Made by a program: the position numbers and the translations under genes. A DNA stretch of 64,000 nucleotides from an uncultured Lachnospiraceae bacterium. Lineage in GTDB: Bacteria > Bacillota > Clostridia > Lachnospirales > Lachnospiraceae. The notes under the pieces are model-generated. The model did no database searches. It saw only the letters and a list, made by a program, of their open reading frames with translations, and was not told the DNA's origin. Below, piece by piece: positions 44,263 to 54,042 of the stretch; within the stretch, counting starts at the first letter, position 1, and each line of letters starts with the position of its first letter. Location of the stretch: positions 17,214 to 81,213 of the forward strand of contig CAKRNX010000001.1 in NCBI GenBank assembly GCA_934371475.1, given 5' to 3'.

Positions 44263-45753
44263 TTAGCAATACGCCAGAAACATGTGTTCCAGGCTCCGGT
44301 ACAGCTCGTCGAATATCTGCAGTTTTTCGCTGTAATAGCTGACATTTGCCGGAATAGGATCCACCGTTTCCCCGTCCATACTTACCACAGCATCGCATGC
44401 CTCATATACGCTGCCGTAGATCCCGGCGCCTACTGCCGCCATGATCACAGCACCCAGGCAGGCTTCTTCCTGCGTTCTGGTCGTATGTACCTGCATACCC
44501 AGCATATCCGCCTGGATCTGCTTCCACGCCTTTCCTTTTGCTCCGCCGCCCGAAGAAATCAGGAAATTTCCCCGGATCTGCAAACTGTCAAATATTTTTT
44601 TGCACTCCAGAAGGTTGTACATAACTCCCTCCATGGTTGCACGCACCACATAGGGCTGGCTGTGCTTCATGCTCAGGCCGAAATAGACGCCTTTCGCCTG
44701 CGGATTGTTAAACGGCGTCCGCTCTCCGGCCAGATACGGAAGGAAAAAGACTCCGTCGCTGCCCGCCGGGACATCAAGCACTTCTCTGTCAATCTCGGCA
44801 AATGGCCGCTCATCCCGCAGCACTTTGTTTTTCAGCCAGCTTAATGTGTTGCCGCCATTGAGCGCACCTCCCTGCAGCGCCCACGTATCAGACAGTGCAT
44901 GACACCACAGCTGACACTGCATCTTCTTATCCGACATAGGCCGGTTTGTCACCACCGCAATCTGGGAAGATGTTCCGATATTGCAGGTCATGATGCCCGG
45001 CTTCACAATGCCGTTGCCAATCATAGCTGCAAAACAGTCACCAGCTCCCGTAATAACCGGCGTGCCTTCTGCAAGTCCGGTTTCTGCCGCCGCATATCCG
45101 GTCACCTTTCCGGCCACATCACAGGATTCTCTCACCGACGGCCAGACATCCTCTTTCACATCCAGACGCGCAAACAGCTCCCGGCACCATGTCCTCTTTT
45201 TCACAGAGAATGCCAGCGTAGCCGAAGCATCGCTGTAATCCGTGCAGATTTCCCCGGTCAGCCGGAACCGGATATAATCTTTGGGTGACATCACATAACG
45301 GATCCTGTCATATTCCTGCGGACAGTTTCTCTTCATCCACAGGAAAGAACAAATCACCATCCCCGTACTGGGCTGATTGTGCAGTTCCTCTCTCATCAGA
45401 TCCTCCGCCGTCTCTGTGATCAGTTTTTTCTCTTCCAGAGAACGGCCATCCAGATGGATGATCGCCGGGCATACCGGATTTTTCTCTTCATCCAGCGCCA
45501 CCATCCCGTGCATCTGTCCGGAAAAGCTGATCCCTGCCATATCTTTTGCCGCCACGCCGGATTTTTTCAGTGCTTCGCCGATCGCCTGTACCGCGGCATC
45601 CCACCAGGTCTTCGGATCCTGCTCCGCATATCCCACAGCCGGCGTCAGCACCTCATATCCTACCTGGCCGATTCCTTTCGTATTTCCTTTTTCATCTGCA
45701 ATCATTACTTTAACGCTGGATGTACCCAGATCTATTCCCATCAAATGTCTCAT
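44263..45753 (-). CDS. xylB: FGGY-family carbohydrate kinase, xylulokinase-like
   Basis: MGIDLGTSSVKV phosphate-1 motif, FGGY N and C domains (GAGDCFAAMIGNG, GGGAKGKAWKQIQADM). AAGAGGA RBS. Confidence 0.8.
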   Translation of the reverse strand: MRHLMGIDLGTSSVKVMIADEKGNTKGIGQVGYEVLTPAVGYAEQDPKTWWDAAVQAIGEALKKSGVAAKDMAGISFSGQMHGMVALDEEKNPVCPAIIHLDGRSLEEKKLITETAEDLMREELHNQPSTGMVICSFLWMKRNCPQEYDRIRYVMSPKDYIRFRLTGEICTDYSDASATLAFSVKKRTWCRELFARLDVKEDVWPSVRESCDVAGKVTGYAAAETGLAEGTPVITGAGDCFAAMIGNGIVKPGIMTCNIGTSSQIAVVTNRPMSDKKMQCQLWCHALSDTWALQGGALNGGNTLSWLKNKVLRDERPFAEIDREVLDVPAGSDGVFFLPYLAGERTPFNNPQAKGVYFGLSMKHSQPYVVRATMEGVMYNLLECKKIFDSLQIRGNFLISSGGGAKGKAWKQIQADMLGMQVHTTRTQEEACLGAVIMAAVGAGIYGSVYEACDAVVSMDGETVDPIPANVSYYSEKLQIFDELYRSLEHMFLAYC

Positions 45754-45802
45754 ATATATATCCTCTTTTCATATATTTTCAAATACTTCTTGCTGACTCC
45801 AT

Positions 45803-46059
45803 CCTGCCGGAGGCTTTTTGTTTCACAGGACGCAATTTTCTGTGAAAACAAAAGTGTGCTTCGCACACCCCGCGAGCCACTGCTTTGACAGCACAGCTTT
45901 TGTTCCGCGCGCGAGCAGGCTGCGGTAGCACTTTCCTCTCTGCGAGCTGCGCAGTCTACACTTCGTTTCGGTCGGCGCAAAGCCATTGTCCCCCGGACAA
46001 TGTGCGCCCTGCCGGAGGCTTTTTGTTTCACAGGACGCAATTTTCTGTGAAACAAAAAG
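45803..46059. repeat. Composite repeat: two 52-bp direct repeats bracketing family-4 and family-3 modules
   Basis: CCTGCCGGAGGCTTTTTGTTTCACAGGACGCAATTTTCTGTGAAA(A)CAAAAG occurs at 45803-45854 and 46008-46059, with one indel-like difference. Each copy holds a 13-bp perfect stem TTTTGTTTCACAG/CTGTGAAACAAAA. Family 4 (45847-45954) and family 3 (45957-46020) lie between them. Confidence 0.85.
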
Positions 46060-46092
46060 CCGGACAGGCATATCCACATGTCCCGTCCGGCC
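46053..46092 (-). terminator. Intrinsic terminator downstream of transketolase C-subunit gene
   Basis: On the minus strand: stem GGCCGGACGGGA..CCTGTCCGGC followed by TTTTTG. Confidence 0.65.
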
Positions 46093-46124
46093 TTTGCCTT
46101 CTATTCTTGTTTTATCGTACTTTT

Positions 46125-47054
46125 CTATTTCTCTGCAATCACTTTTTTTACTTTTTCCGCGATATGTTCCGGCGTCAGACCAAATTTCTGTGCCAGGAAT
46201 GCCTTATCCCCTACTTCTCCAAAACAGTCCGGTACACCGACTCTTGCAAAAGGCACTCTCGCCTCTTCTGCTACCACCTCGGCCACTGCAGATCCCAGCC
46301 CCCCGTACATATTGTGGTTTTCTGCTGTGACAATCGCGCCGGTATCTTTTGCACACTGAAGCACCAGTTCCCGATCCAGAGGCTTCACCGTGAACATATC
46401 CACTACTCTGACACGGATGCCTTCTTTTTCCAGAATTTCCGCCGCCACCAGGGCAGCCGGCACTTCGATACCTGACGCAATGACCGTGGCGTCTTTTCCG
46501 TCACGCACTACATTACCCTTTCCGATCTCAATATTTTCTGTCCCTTTATAGTATTCTTCTTTTTCCTTGCGCGGGAACCGGATATACATGACTCCGTACT
46601 GCTGCGCCATCTGTTTTAATACCTGCTCTAACAGATACGGCTCCGCCACATCCAGGATCGTCATTTCCGGGAACGAGCGGTAAATACCCATATCTTCAAA
46701 CGGCATATGCGTACCGCCATTTGCTTCCGCAGTGATACCGGGATCAGAGCCCACCAGCTTGATATTTGCTTTGTTATAGTTTCCTGAAATAAATGTCTGA
46801 TCCGCACATCTCCTGGACGTGAATGTACCGAAGCTGTGCATAAACGGGATCTTTCCCTTGATGGACATTCCCGCACCTACACCTACCATGTTGGCTTCCA
46901 TAATGCCCAGGTCAAACGCCTGCTTCGGATACTCCCGAAACAGACGGGTCGTTCCGATTGCTCCGCCCAGATCGGCCTCCAGATAAACCACATCCTTGTT
47001 CTGATCCATCATTCGGGCCAGCGTGTCTGCAAATACTTTTCTCAACTCCGCCAT
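46125..47054 (-). CDS. Transketolase, C-terminal (pyrimidine-binding) subunit
   Basis: 309 aa. LEADLGG, IMEANMVGVGAGM and FLLEQV-type motifs of the split transketolase. Follows the N-terminal subunit gene by 11 nt. Confidence 0.9.
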   Translation of the reverse strand: MAELRKVFADTLARMMDQNKDVVYLEADLGGAIGTTRLFREYPKQAFDLGIMEANMVGVGAGMSIKGKIPFMHSFGTFTSRRCADQTFISGNYNKANIKLVGSDPGITAEANGGTHMPFEDMGIYRSFPEMTILDVAEPYLLEQVLKQMAQQYGVMYIRFPRKEKEEYYKGTENIEIGKGNVVRDGKDATVIASGIEVPAALVAAEILEKEGIRVRVVDMFTVKPLDRELVLQCAKDTGAIVTAENHNMYGGLGSAVAEVVAEEARVPFARVGVPDCFGEVGDKAFLAQKFGLTPEHIAEKVKKVIAEK

Positions 47055-47065
47055 AATCTCTCACC

Positions 47066-47899
47066 TCACTCCTCTGTCTGTCCGTCAAGCTCTGCATAAA
47101 ATGTGGGCAGATCTTCTTTTTTCACTGCGGTAGAATGGCAGTTTGCCATATTTGCATACATGCTCACGCCTGCGCCCTTGACGGTATGTAGAATGATCGC
47201 GGAAGGGCGGTCCTTCGTCCGTTTTGCCTCTTCGATTGCCCAATACACCTGCTCCGTATCATTTCCGTTTGCCACACTGATCGCATGATAGCCGAATGAT
47301 TCAAATTTATTCTCAATGCTTCCCAGTCTACAGACTTCATCGGTTGTGCCGTCCAGCTGTTTGCCGTTGGCATCGACCAGCGTAATCATATGACAGATAT
47401 TATGATGGGCAGCAAACAGCACCGACTCCCACACCTGCCCTTCATCCAGTTCTCCATCTCCCAGAATCAGATACGTATACGTACCCTGTCCGTTAATCTG
47501 GTCGGCAAATGCCACACCTGCTGCCAGAGAAGCTCCCTGACCAAGAGAGCCTGTTGTCACATCCACACCGGGAGTCTTATTTCTGTCCGTATGGCTTGGC
47601 AGGATCGTATTATTCTGATTCAGCGTCTCCAGCACATCCTCCGGGAAAAATCCTCTGGCCGCCAGTGCCGCATACATGGCCGGTCCGCAGTGACCTTTGG
47701 ACATTACGATATAGTCTCTGTCTTTCTTCTGCGGATCTTTCGGATCTACATTCATCACACCGCTGTAGAGAACAGCCAGCGTATCTGCAATGGAGAGAGA
47801 GCCGCCCACATGCCCGGTTCCTTTGGATGCAATGGCCCGAAGTATATTTTTTCTGATCTGAACTGCCAGCCTGTCCGCCGACTTTTTGTCAAATTCCAT
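47066..47899 (-). CDS. Transketolase, N-terminal (TPP-binding) subunit
   Basis: 277 aa. GHVGGSLS, SKGHCGPAMYA and GDGELDEGQVWE (TPP motif). AAGGAGG RBS. Confidence 0.9.
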   Translation of the reverse strand: MEFDKKSADRLAVQIRKNILRAIASKGTGHVGGSLSIADTLAVLYSGVMNVDPKDPQKKDRDYIVMSKGHCGPAMYAALAARGFFPEDVLETLNQNNTILPSHTDRNKTPGVDVTTGSLGQGASLAAGVAFADQINGQGTYTYLILGDGELDEGQVWESVLFAAHHNICHMITLVDANGKQLDGTTDEVCRLGSIENKFESFGYHAISVANGNDTEQVYWAIEEAKRTKDRPSAIILHTVKGAGVSMYANMANCHSTAVKKEDLPTFYAELDGQTEE

Positions 47900-47917
47900 A
47901 ATAACCTCCTTTTGCGC

Positions 47918-48940
47918 CTAATCACATTTGATCAGCACTTTGCCGTCTTTTGCATACAGTCTCTCTTCAAATACTCTCTGAATGTCATCCAGATCGATGA
48001 TATCGGAAATCATTTCTTCTGTTTTGATAATTCCCGATCCGATCAGTCTGCCTGCCCGCTCAAACGTATCGGGATTGACAAATGATCCTTTGATAGTCAG
48101 CTCTTTCTGGAATACGGTGAACGGTTTCAGACCCATCACATCATCCGGTCCGGTCAGTCCAAACAGCATAACCGTTGCCCCTCTGCCTGCGAACTCCACC
48201 GCATATTCTGCTGTGGAAGTGCGTCCTGCACAGTCAATCACTTTATCTATATTGACGATACCGTGCTCTGCCAGTATTTTTGCCGTATCATCTTTCAGCG
48301 GATCAATGCCGAAATCAGCGCCCATGTGAATCGCTTTTTCACGGCGCACCGGATTGGGTTCTACTGCGATGATCTTGTCTGCTCCCGCATGCCTTGCCAG
48401 CTGTACCATGATCAGACCGATGTTTCCTGTCCCCACAATCATCACCGTATCACCCATGCGCACTTCTGTCATGTCAAATCCGTGCAGGCAGCAGGAAATC
48501 GGTTCTGTCATGGCCGCCGCCTCATAGCTCACGCCCTCGGCAATCGGATATACTGTCTCTTCCGGAACTGTCACATACTCGGCAAATCCGCCGTCCACTG
48601 CCGTTCCAAGGCCCTTCATATCTGTACACAGATGTTTTTTCCCATTCGCGCAGAAATAACATTTTCCACAGTAAGAGTTGGGATCTGCAGAAACCCGGTC
48701 ACCTTTTTTGAAACGGGTAACGCCTTTGCCCACACGATCTACATCCCCCGAAAGCTCATGTCCCAGGATCACAGGAGGATGTACCTCCGCAGAACCCTTT
48801 TCTCCTCCGAAAATATGTACATCGGTACCGCACACGCCACAGTAACGGATCTTAATCACCACATCATGGTCTCCCGGTTCCTTTACCGGTACTTCATCAA
48901 TCACAAGTTTTCCTTTTTCATAAAAACGAGCTGCTTTCAT
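47918..48940 (-). CDS. Zinc-dependent alcohol/polyol dehydrogenase (MDR family, sorbitol/threonine dehydrogenase-like)
   Basis: Trimmed to the ATG at 48940 (GGAGGGAA RBS). Catalytic zinc motif GHELSG, structural zinc CGKCYFCANGKKHLC, Rossmann motif VGTGNIG. Confidence 0.85.
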   Translation of the reverse strand: MKAARFYEKGKLVIDEVPVKEPGDHDVVIKIRYCGVCGTDVHIFGGEKGSAEVHPPVILGHELSGDVDRVGKGVTRFKKGDRVSADPNSYCGKCYFCANGKKHLCTDMKGLGTAVDGGFAEYVTVPEETVYPIAEGVSYEAAAMTEPISCCLHGFDMTEVRMGDTVMIVGTGNIGLIMVQLARHAGADKIIAVEPNPVRREKAIHMGADFGIDPLKDDTAKILAEHGIVNIDKVIDCAGRTSTAEYAVEFAGRGATVMLFGLTGPDDVMGLKPFTVFQKELTIKGSFVNPDTFERAGRLIGSGIIKTEEMISDIIDLDDIQRVFEERLYAKDGKVLIKCD

Positions 48941-49141
48941 CTTATTCCCTCCATTCAAATTTATACAGTCTTGCGTATCTTATTTGTCATGCGGACAGTT
49001 CCATTCCGCTTTTTCTGCATACTTCTACTGTTTCTGCCAATCTTTCGGGGATCCTTGCTTCCTGCCATTCTGAATTGCACAGATTGGTTTCATTTCGTTT
49101 TTTCGGGAGCAAATCATTTGTTTCTTAATTATTTCATTTGT

Positions 49142-50092
49142 TTAATTCTTTCCCTTGTTTTTATCCGTCAGCACCTGCAAAAGCACTGCGGCGATGATGA
49201 TAAATCCTTTGATGATACGCTGCGGATATGCCGGAACGGACAGCAGATTCATGATATTCCCGATCAGAGCCAGCGTCAGAGCACCGACCACAGCTTTTGT
49301 CACAGAACCTTTGCCGCCTGCCAGGCTTGCTCCGCCGATCACGCATGCTGCGATGGCATCCAGTTCCTGACCTTCACCGATCGTGGAGTTGCCTACATTG
49401 GATCTTGCCGCCACGAAGATACCTGCCAGCGTGGACAGACATGCACTCAACATATAAACAGACATCAGATAACGCTTTACACGGATGCCGGACAGTTTGA
49501 CTGCCTCGCTGTTGCTTCCCACTGCGATAACGATACGTCCGTAGGAAGTGTATTTCTCAATAACCACGAAAACAATGACCAGAATAATCATAATCCAGAT
49601 AATCGGATATCCGAGCGCCTTGGACGTCAGAGTGTTCAGTGTGCCGCTGGCCAGGTTGACCGGCGTTGCATTCGTAATCGTGTAGGCGACACCTCTGGCG
49701 ATTGTCATCACAGCCAGAGAAGCTACAAATCCCTGGAAATTCAGATAAGCTACCAGCATACCCGTGAAAGTGCCAAGCATCAGACCGAACAGCAGTGCCA
49801 CTACGATCGCCATCCCCCACGGAACCCCATATTTGGAAGCCAGGATCGCGGTCAGCGATGATCCGACTGCCATAACTGATCCTACAGAAAGGTCAATACC
49901 GCCTGTCAGGATTACCATCAGCATACCAACTGCTACAAGGATAGATGCAGACTGCTGCAGTACAATGTTTCTTAGGTTCAGTACAGAAAAGAATTTGTCT
50001 GAGATCAGACAGCACACAATAAACAGTGCCAGAAAAATGACATAGGTATTATTATTCAGCAAAAATTTGCCTGCTTTGTTTTTCTTGTTCAT
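49142..50092 (-). CDS. Sugar ABC transporter permease (RbsC/AraH-type)
   Basis: 316 aa, ~10 TM, with TGGIDLSVGS and GGASLAGGKG motifs typical of ribose-type permeases. Confidence 0.85.
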   Translation of the reverse strand: MNKKNKAGKFLLNNNTYVIFLALFIVCCLISDKFFSVLNLRNIVLQQSASILVAVGMLMVILTGGIDLSVGSVMAVGSSLTAILASKYGVPWGMAIVVALLFGLMLGTFTGMLVAYLNFQGFVASLAVMTIARGVAYTITNATPVNLASGTLNTLTSKALGYPIIWIMIILVIVFVVIEKYTSYGRIVIAVGSNSEAVKLSGIRVKRYLMSVYMLSACLSTLAGIFVAARSNVGNSTIGEGQELDAIAACVIGGASLAGGKGSVTKAVVGALTLALIGNIMNLLSVPAYPQRIIKGFIIIAAVLLQVLTDKNKGKN

Positions 50093-50096
50093 GGTC

Positions 50097-51593
50097 TTAA
50101 TCCTCCTTCATAGCCAGCTTGATGATCGTATCTTCATTCAGGAAATCTTTGTCCAGCTCTCCTGTAATCCGTCCCTGTGACATAATCATCGCACGGTCGC
50201 ATGTTCCGATAATCTCTGTCATCTCCGAAGATATGATAATCACCGCAACGCCCGATTCAGCCAGCTTGTTAATAATGTCATAAATCTCAACCTTTGCGCC
50301 CACATCCACGCCGCGGGTAGGCTCATCAAAAATCAGGCATTTGCAGTCCGCAGAAATCCACTTTGCAATGCTGATTTTCTGCTGGTTTCCTCCGCTGAGG
50401 CTATTGACATCATCTTCGATCGAACCGTATTTGGTGGACATTTTAGCCAGCAGGTCTTTTACATATTTCTTTTCCTGCTTATGGTGAATGAAACCATTCC
50501 GGGTATTTTTTTTCATGGAAGCCATCGTCGTATTGACGCGGATGCTCTGATTGACCAGCAATCCCAGCGTTTTTCTGTTCTCGGACAGATATCCGAGTCC
50601 GGCATCCACTGCTTCCTTGGGTTCTCTGAAATTCACTTCTTTTCCTAAAAATGTCACGGTTCCGGAATCCTTTTTATCTTCACCGATAATCGCACACATT
50701 GTCTCCGTTCTTCCCGATCCTACCAGCCCGGAAAAGCCAAGCACCTCACCTGCCCGCACTTCAAAGCTGACATTTTTTACCCGGCTGCCGGCATTGAGAT
50801 TTTCTACCTTCAGCGCGACATCCCCGATCTTCGCATGGCGCTCCGGGAACATCTGTGTCAGCTCTCTGCCAATCATCATCCGGATCAGTTCATCATTTGT
50901 CACATCAGCGACTCTGCCATCATTCACATATTTTCCGTCTTTCAGCACGGTATAGGAGTCGCACAGTTCAAAAATCTCGTTCATATGGTGGGATACAAAA
51001 ATAATACTGACACCCTTCTCTTTCAGCAGACGGACCAGCTTGAACAGCTTTTCAATCTCTGTTACTGTCAGAACTGCCGTCGGTTCATCCAACACTAGGA
51101 TTTTTGCATTGCGGCTCAGGCATTTGCAGATCTCCACAATCTGCTGATGTGCCACGCTGAGCCCTCCCACTTCATCTTCCGGATTAATATTGCCAAATCC
51201 CAGTTCTTCCAATATATGTCTGGCGTCTTCACGCAGTTTTTTCCAATTGATAAATTTTCCTTTTTCCGAAAGCCTGTCTATAAAAATATTTTCCGCCACA
51301 CTCAGATGCGGAGCCAGCATAAATTCCTGATAAATAACCGCAACTCCCAGATTTTTCGCATCCATGGGCGATGTAATACCGGCATCCACGCCGTCAATTA
51401 AAATTTCTCCCCGATCTCTCGTATACGCTCCTGACAGGATCTTGATGAGAGTTGATTTTCCTGCACCGTTTTCACCGATCAGCGCATGTATTTCTCCCGG
51501 TTTGATCTTCACGCTCACATCTTCCAGCGCGCGGATACCGCCAAACCGTTTGCTGATTCCCCGCATTTCTAAACGATAATTTTCATTTTTCAT
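50097..51593 (-). CDS. Sugar ABC transporter ATP-binding protein (RbsA-type, duplicated ABC domains)
   Basis: Trimmed to the ATG at 51593 (MKNENYRLEMRGISKRFGG). Walker A GENGAGKST, signatures LSVAHQQ and LSGGNQQK, second domain with degenerate Walker A (GLVGSGRTE). Confidence 0.9.
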   Translation of the reverse strand: MKNENYRLEMRGISKRFGGIRALEDVSVKIKPGEIHALIGENGAGKSTLIKILSGAYTRDRGEILIDGVDAGITSPMDAKNLGVAVIYQEFMLAPHLSVAENIFIDRLSEKGKFINWKKLREDARHILEELGFGNINPEDEVGGLSVAHQQIVEICKCLSRNAKILVLDEPTAVLTVTEIEKLFKLVRLLKEKGVSIIFVSHHMNEIFELCDSYTVLKDGKYVNDGRVADVTNDELIRMMIGRELTQMFPERHAKIGDVALKVENLNAGSRVKNVSFEVRAGEVLGFSGLVGSGRTETMCAIIGEDKKDSGTVTFLGKEVNFREPKEAVDAGLGYLSENRKTLGLLVNQSIRVNTTMASMKKNTRNGFIHHKQEKKYVKDLLAKMSTKYGSIEDDVNSLSGGNQQKISIAKWISADCKCLIFDEPTRGVDVGAKVEIYDIINKLAESGVAVIIISSEMTEIIGTCDRAMIMSQGRITGELDKDFLNEDTIIKLAMKED

Positions 51594-51664
51594 TCTTCTA
51601 CCTCGTAAAGTGAACATTTGCGGTAACGCAGACATTCGCAATCCGCTTCGCTATTTGCTCGTTG

Positions 51665-51717
51665 TTAAAAATTACGGCAAGTTCTGATACCGTATTTTTC
51701 TGATACCAAAACTTGCC
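51665..51717 (-). terminator. Intra-operon hairpin (attenuator/terminator) after the binding-protein gene
   Basis: On the minus strand: stem GGCAAGTT..AACTTGCC followed by GTAATTTTT. Lies between the SBP and ATPase genes. Confidence 0.45.
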
Positions 51718-51733
51718 TTCACAGAATTTCCTC

Positions 51734-51806
51734 AGAACATGTCTAAAAAAGCTTTTCGTAAGCTGTCAGTTCCAGTTCACGGAAATGATTTTCCAAACAT
51801 GCTCTA
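51734..51806. repeat. Family-1 MITE-like repeat, short form
   Basis: AGAACATGTCTAAAAAAGCTTTTCGTAAGCTGTCAGTTCCAGTTCACGGAAATGATTTTCCAAACATGCTCT. Confidence 0.7.
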
Positions 51807-51835
51807 AACTCTCTAAACTGGTTCCTCTCTATCTC

Positions 51836-52897
51836 TTAGAAACCATATTCGTAATGTTCGTCTACATTGTCAACGGTAACTGCTGCAGCCTGAGTCATGG
51901 TAATGTCATCGTAGCTCTCCGGATCTGCTCCGTCTACCAGGATTTCCTGTGCGATCTTCATTCCAAGTTCTGCAATCTTCGCCGGGCTGTTCTCACCGAT
52001 TGCCATGATTTTGCCTTCTTTAATGTAATCATAACCTGTTTTGCTTCCGTCTGCTGCACTGATCAGTTTTACGGTTCCGTCTGTTCCATAAGTAATGCCT
52101 GCATTATCCAGTGCTGTCAGAGCGCCGATCAGCATCGGATCGTTCTCACCCATAACCAGGTTCACATCCGGGTTAGCTGTAATCAGGTCTTCTGCCGCTA
52201 CCAGACCTTCATCGATTGTCCAGTTGCCCCAGCCCTGTCCGGTGATGGTGAATTTTGCATCTTCATTTGCTGCTTTACCGGAACTTACGATAGAGTCTTC
52301 CATCTCTTCTGCTGCTGCCCATGCTTCCTCTTCGGTGCATCCTGTACGCTGCATGATGATACCTGCCATCAGGCCGTCTCTTCTCTGTTTGCCGGCGATT
52401 GATCCGGTATTTCCGCTCAGCAGAACTGCACTGATCTCATAGTCAGGATCCAGTGATTCTGCATAATATTTACCAACCGCCAGGCCATTCTGCTCATTAT
52501 CGGAGTATACGGTAGTCACCTGCATACTCATGTCATCTACACCGGAGTCAAGATTGATCACCGGAATACCTGCATCATAGGCTGCCTGCTGGCTGGCAGT
52601 AGCAGCGCTGGGATCTACGCAGTCCAGGAAGATCAGATCTACGCCGGAAGCTGCCAGTGTCTCCATATTTTCCAGTTCTTTTGTCGTGTCGTTATTGGCA
52701 TCCAGTACGGTGCATTCCCATCCCAGATCATCGCAGGTAGCCTGTACGATATCACCGATGGATGCGTAGTAGGATCCGTTTGCTGTTCTCAGTGCGAAAC
52801 CGATAGAAATAGAGTCATCCGCAGATGCTGTCATCGCTCCAACTGTACATGCAGCTAAAATACCTGTTCCAATAAGTGCCATTGCTTTTTTGTTCAT
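51836..52897 (-). CDS. Sugar ABC transporter substrate-binding protein (RbsB-like periplasmic binding fold)
   Basis: Trimmed to the ATG at 52897 (GAAGGAGGAA RBS). Signal peptide MNKKAMALIGTGILAACTVGAMTASA. Type I PBP pattern. Confidence 0.85.
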   Translation of the reverse strand: MNKKAMALIGTGILAACTVGAMTASADDSISIGFALRTANGSYYASIGDIVQATCDDLGWECTVLDANNDTTKELENMETLAASGVDLIFLDCVDPSAATASQQAAYDAGIPVINLDSGVDDMSMQVTTVYSDNEQNGLAVGKYYAESLDPDYEISAVLLSGNTGSIAGKQRRDGLMAGIIMQRTGCTEEEAWAAAEEMEDSIVSSGKAANEDAKFTITGQGWGNWTIDEGLVAAEDLITANPDVNLVMGENDPMLIGALTALDNAGITYGTDGTVKLISAADGSKTGYDYIKEGKIMAIGENSPAKIAELGMKIAQEILVDGADPESYDDITMTQAAAVTVDNVDEHYEYGF

Positions 52898-52956
52898 GTG
52901 TCGTTCCTCCTTCAATACTGTGTTTGTTTTTGCTTACATCAGATGTGATGTGCCCC

Positions 52957-52988
52957 CACCTCGCATCAAAAATGCCGGGGCATTCTTG
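52957..52988. repeat. Family-2 repeat (core plus partial tail)
   Basis: CACCTCGCATCAAAAATGCCGGGGCATTCTTG. An adjacent separate 7-bp perfect hairpin GCCTGCATTCTGCAGGC lies at 52992-53008. Confidence 0.6.
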
Positions 52989-53216
52989 TTTTGCCTGCAT
53001 TCTGCAGGCTACCCCCTGTACGTGTTGCGGAAATATCTTGATTGTTTTTGATTGTTTTGTCTGTCTTTCCGCTCCATGTGCTCATATATTATCACATCCC
53101 TTTTCGTTTTTCAACCATATCTTTGTTGTTTTTTGCTCTTTTTTATGCTTTTTTTAAATTTTTGTGCTAATTGCCAGTTTTTCTTTCATTTTCAATCATA
53201 TTCGATCATTTTTATA

Positions 53217-53245
53217 TTGACTTTTCCCATACCATTCATTATAAT
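53217..53245 (+). promoter_or_regulatory. Sigma-A type promoter upstream of deoC
   Basis: TTGACT (53217-53222), 17-nt spacer, TATAAT (53240-53245). Confidence 0.65.
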
Positions 53246-53346
53246 TATCACAAGAAGTGGGGCTGACACAGTTGTGTTACCCAGAGTGTTTTGACGCAAG
53301 GTCAGGCACTACAACTATTATCATTCATGAAAAAGGAGAACTTCTT

Positions 53347-53997
53347 ATGACACATGCTGAAATTTTATCCAAAGTAGACCACACGCTGCTGGCTCAGACT
53401 TCCACATGGGAGCAGATCAAAGCAATCTGTGATGATGCCATGCATTACCACACCGCTTCCGTATGCATTCCTCCCTGCTATGTAAAACAGGCAAAGGAAT
53501 ATACCGGCGATAAAATGGCGATCTGCACGGTGATCGGCTTCCCCAACGGCAACCACACCACGGCCGCCAAGCTGTTTGAGACCAGGGACGCGCTGGCAAA
53601 CGGTGCAGACGAAATTGATATGGTCATTAACGTAGGAATGCTCAAAGCAGGCAACTATGATTATGTGTTAAATGAGATCAGAGAACTGAAACAGGCCTGC
53701 GGAAATAAAATTCTGAAAGTCATTATTGAAACCTGCCTGCTGACAGACGAAGAAAAGATTAAGATGTGTGAGCTGGTAACAGAAGCCGGAGCTGACTATA
53801 TCAAAACTTCTACCGGTTTTTCCACCGGCGGAGCTACATTTGACGATGTAAAACTTTTTGCCGAGCATGTAGGCCCCCATGTCAAGATCAAGGCTGCCGG
53901 CGGCATCTCTTCTTTTGATGACGGCGAAAAGTTCATCAGCCTGGGCGCTTCCCGTCTTGGCACCAGCCGCCTGGTTAAGATCGAAAAATCACTGTAA
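53347..53997 (+). CDS. deoC: Deoxyribose-phosphate aldolase
   Basis: Trimmed to the ATG at 53347 (AAAGGAGAA RBS). [32 protein letters not shown] and YIKTSTGF (Schiff-base Lys) motifs. Confidence 0.9.
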   Translation: MTHAEILSKVDHTLLAQTSTWEQIKAICDDAMHYHTASVCIPPCYVKQAKEYTGDKMAICTVIGFPNGNHTTAAKLFETRDALANGADEIDMVINVGMLKAGNYDYVLNEIRELKQACGNKILKVIIETCLLTDEEKIKMCELVTEAGADYIKTSTGFSTGGATFDDVKLFAEHVGPHVKIKAAGGISSFDDGEKFISLGASRLGTSRLVKIEKSL

Positions 53998-54042
53998 AAC
54001 ACACTTCTGGACAAATACCGGATTTCAGAATGGAGGAACTGT

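Noticed and set aside
48263-49861. 532-aa plus-strand ORF spanning the dehydrogenase gene, an intergenic gap and the permease gene.
   Set aside because: It crosses a 200-bp intergenic region and is antisense to two genes with clear motifs. Its composition is Cys/His/Arg-rich and unlike real proteins.
53037-53063. Tandem TGATTGTTTT TGATTGTTTT upstream of the sugar operon and deoC, as a DeoR operator.
   Set aside because: It is only two short, T-rich direct repeats, with no dyad symmetry or second site that I can see. That is insufficient evidence to call it a binding site.
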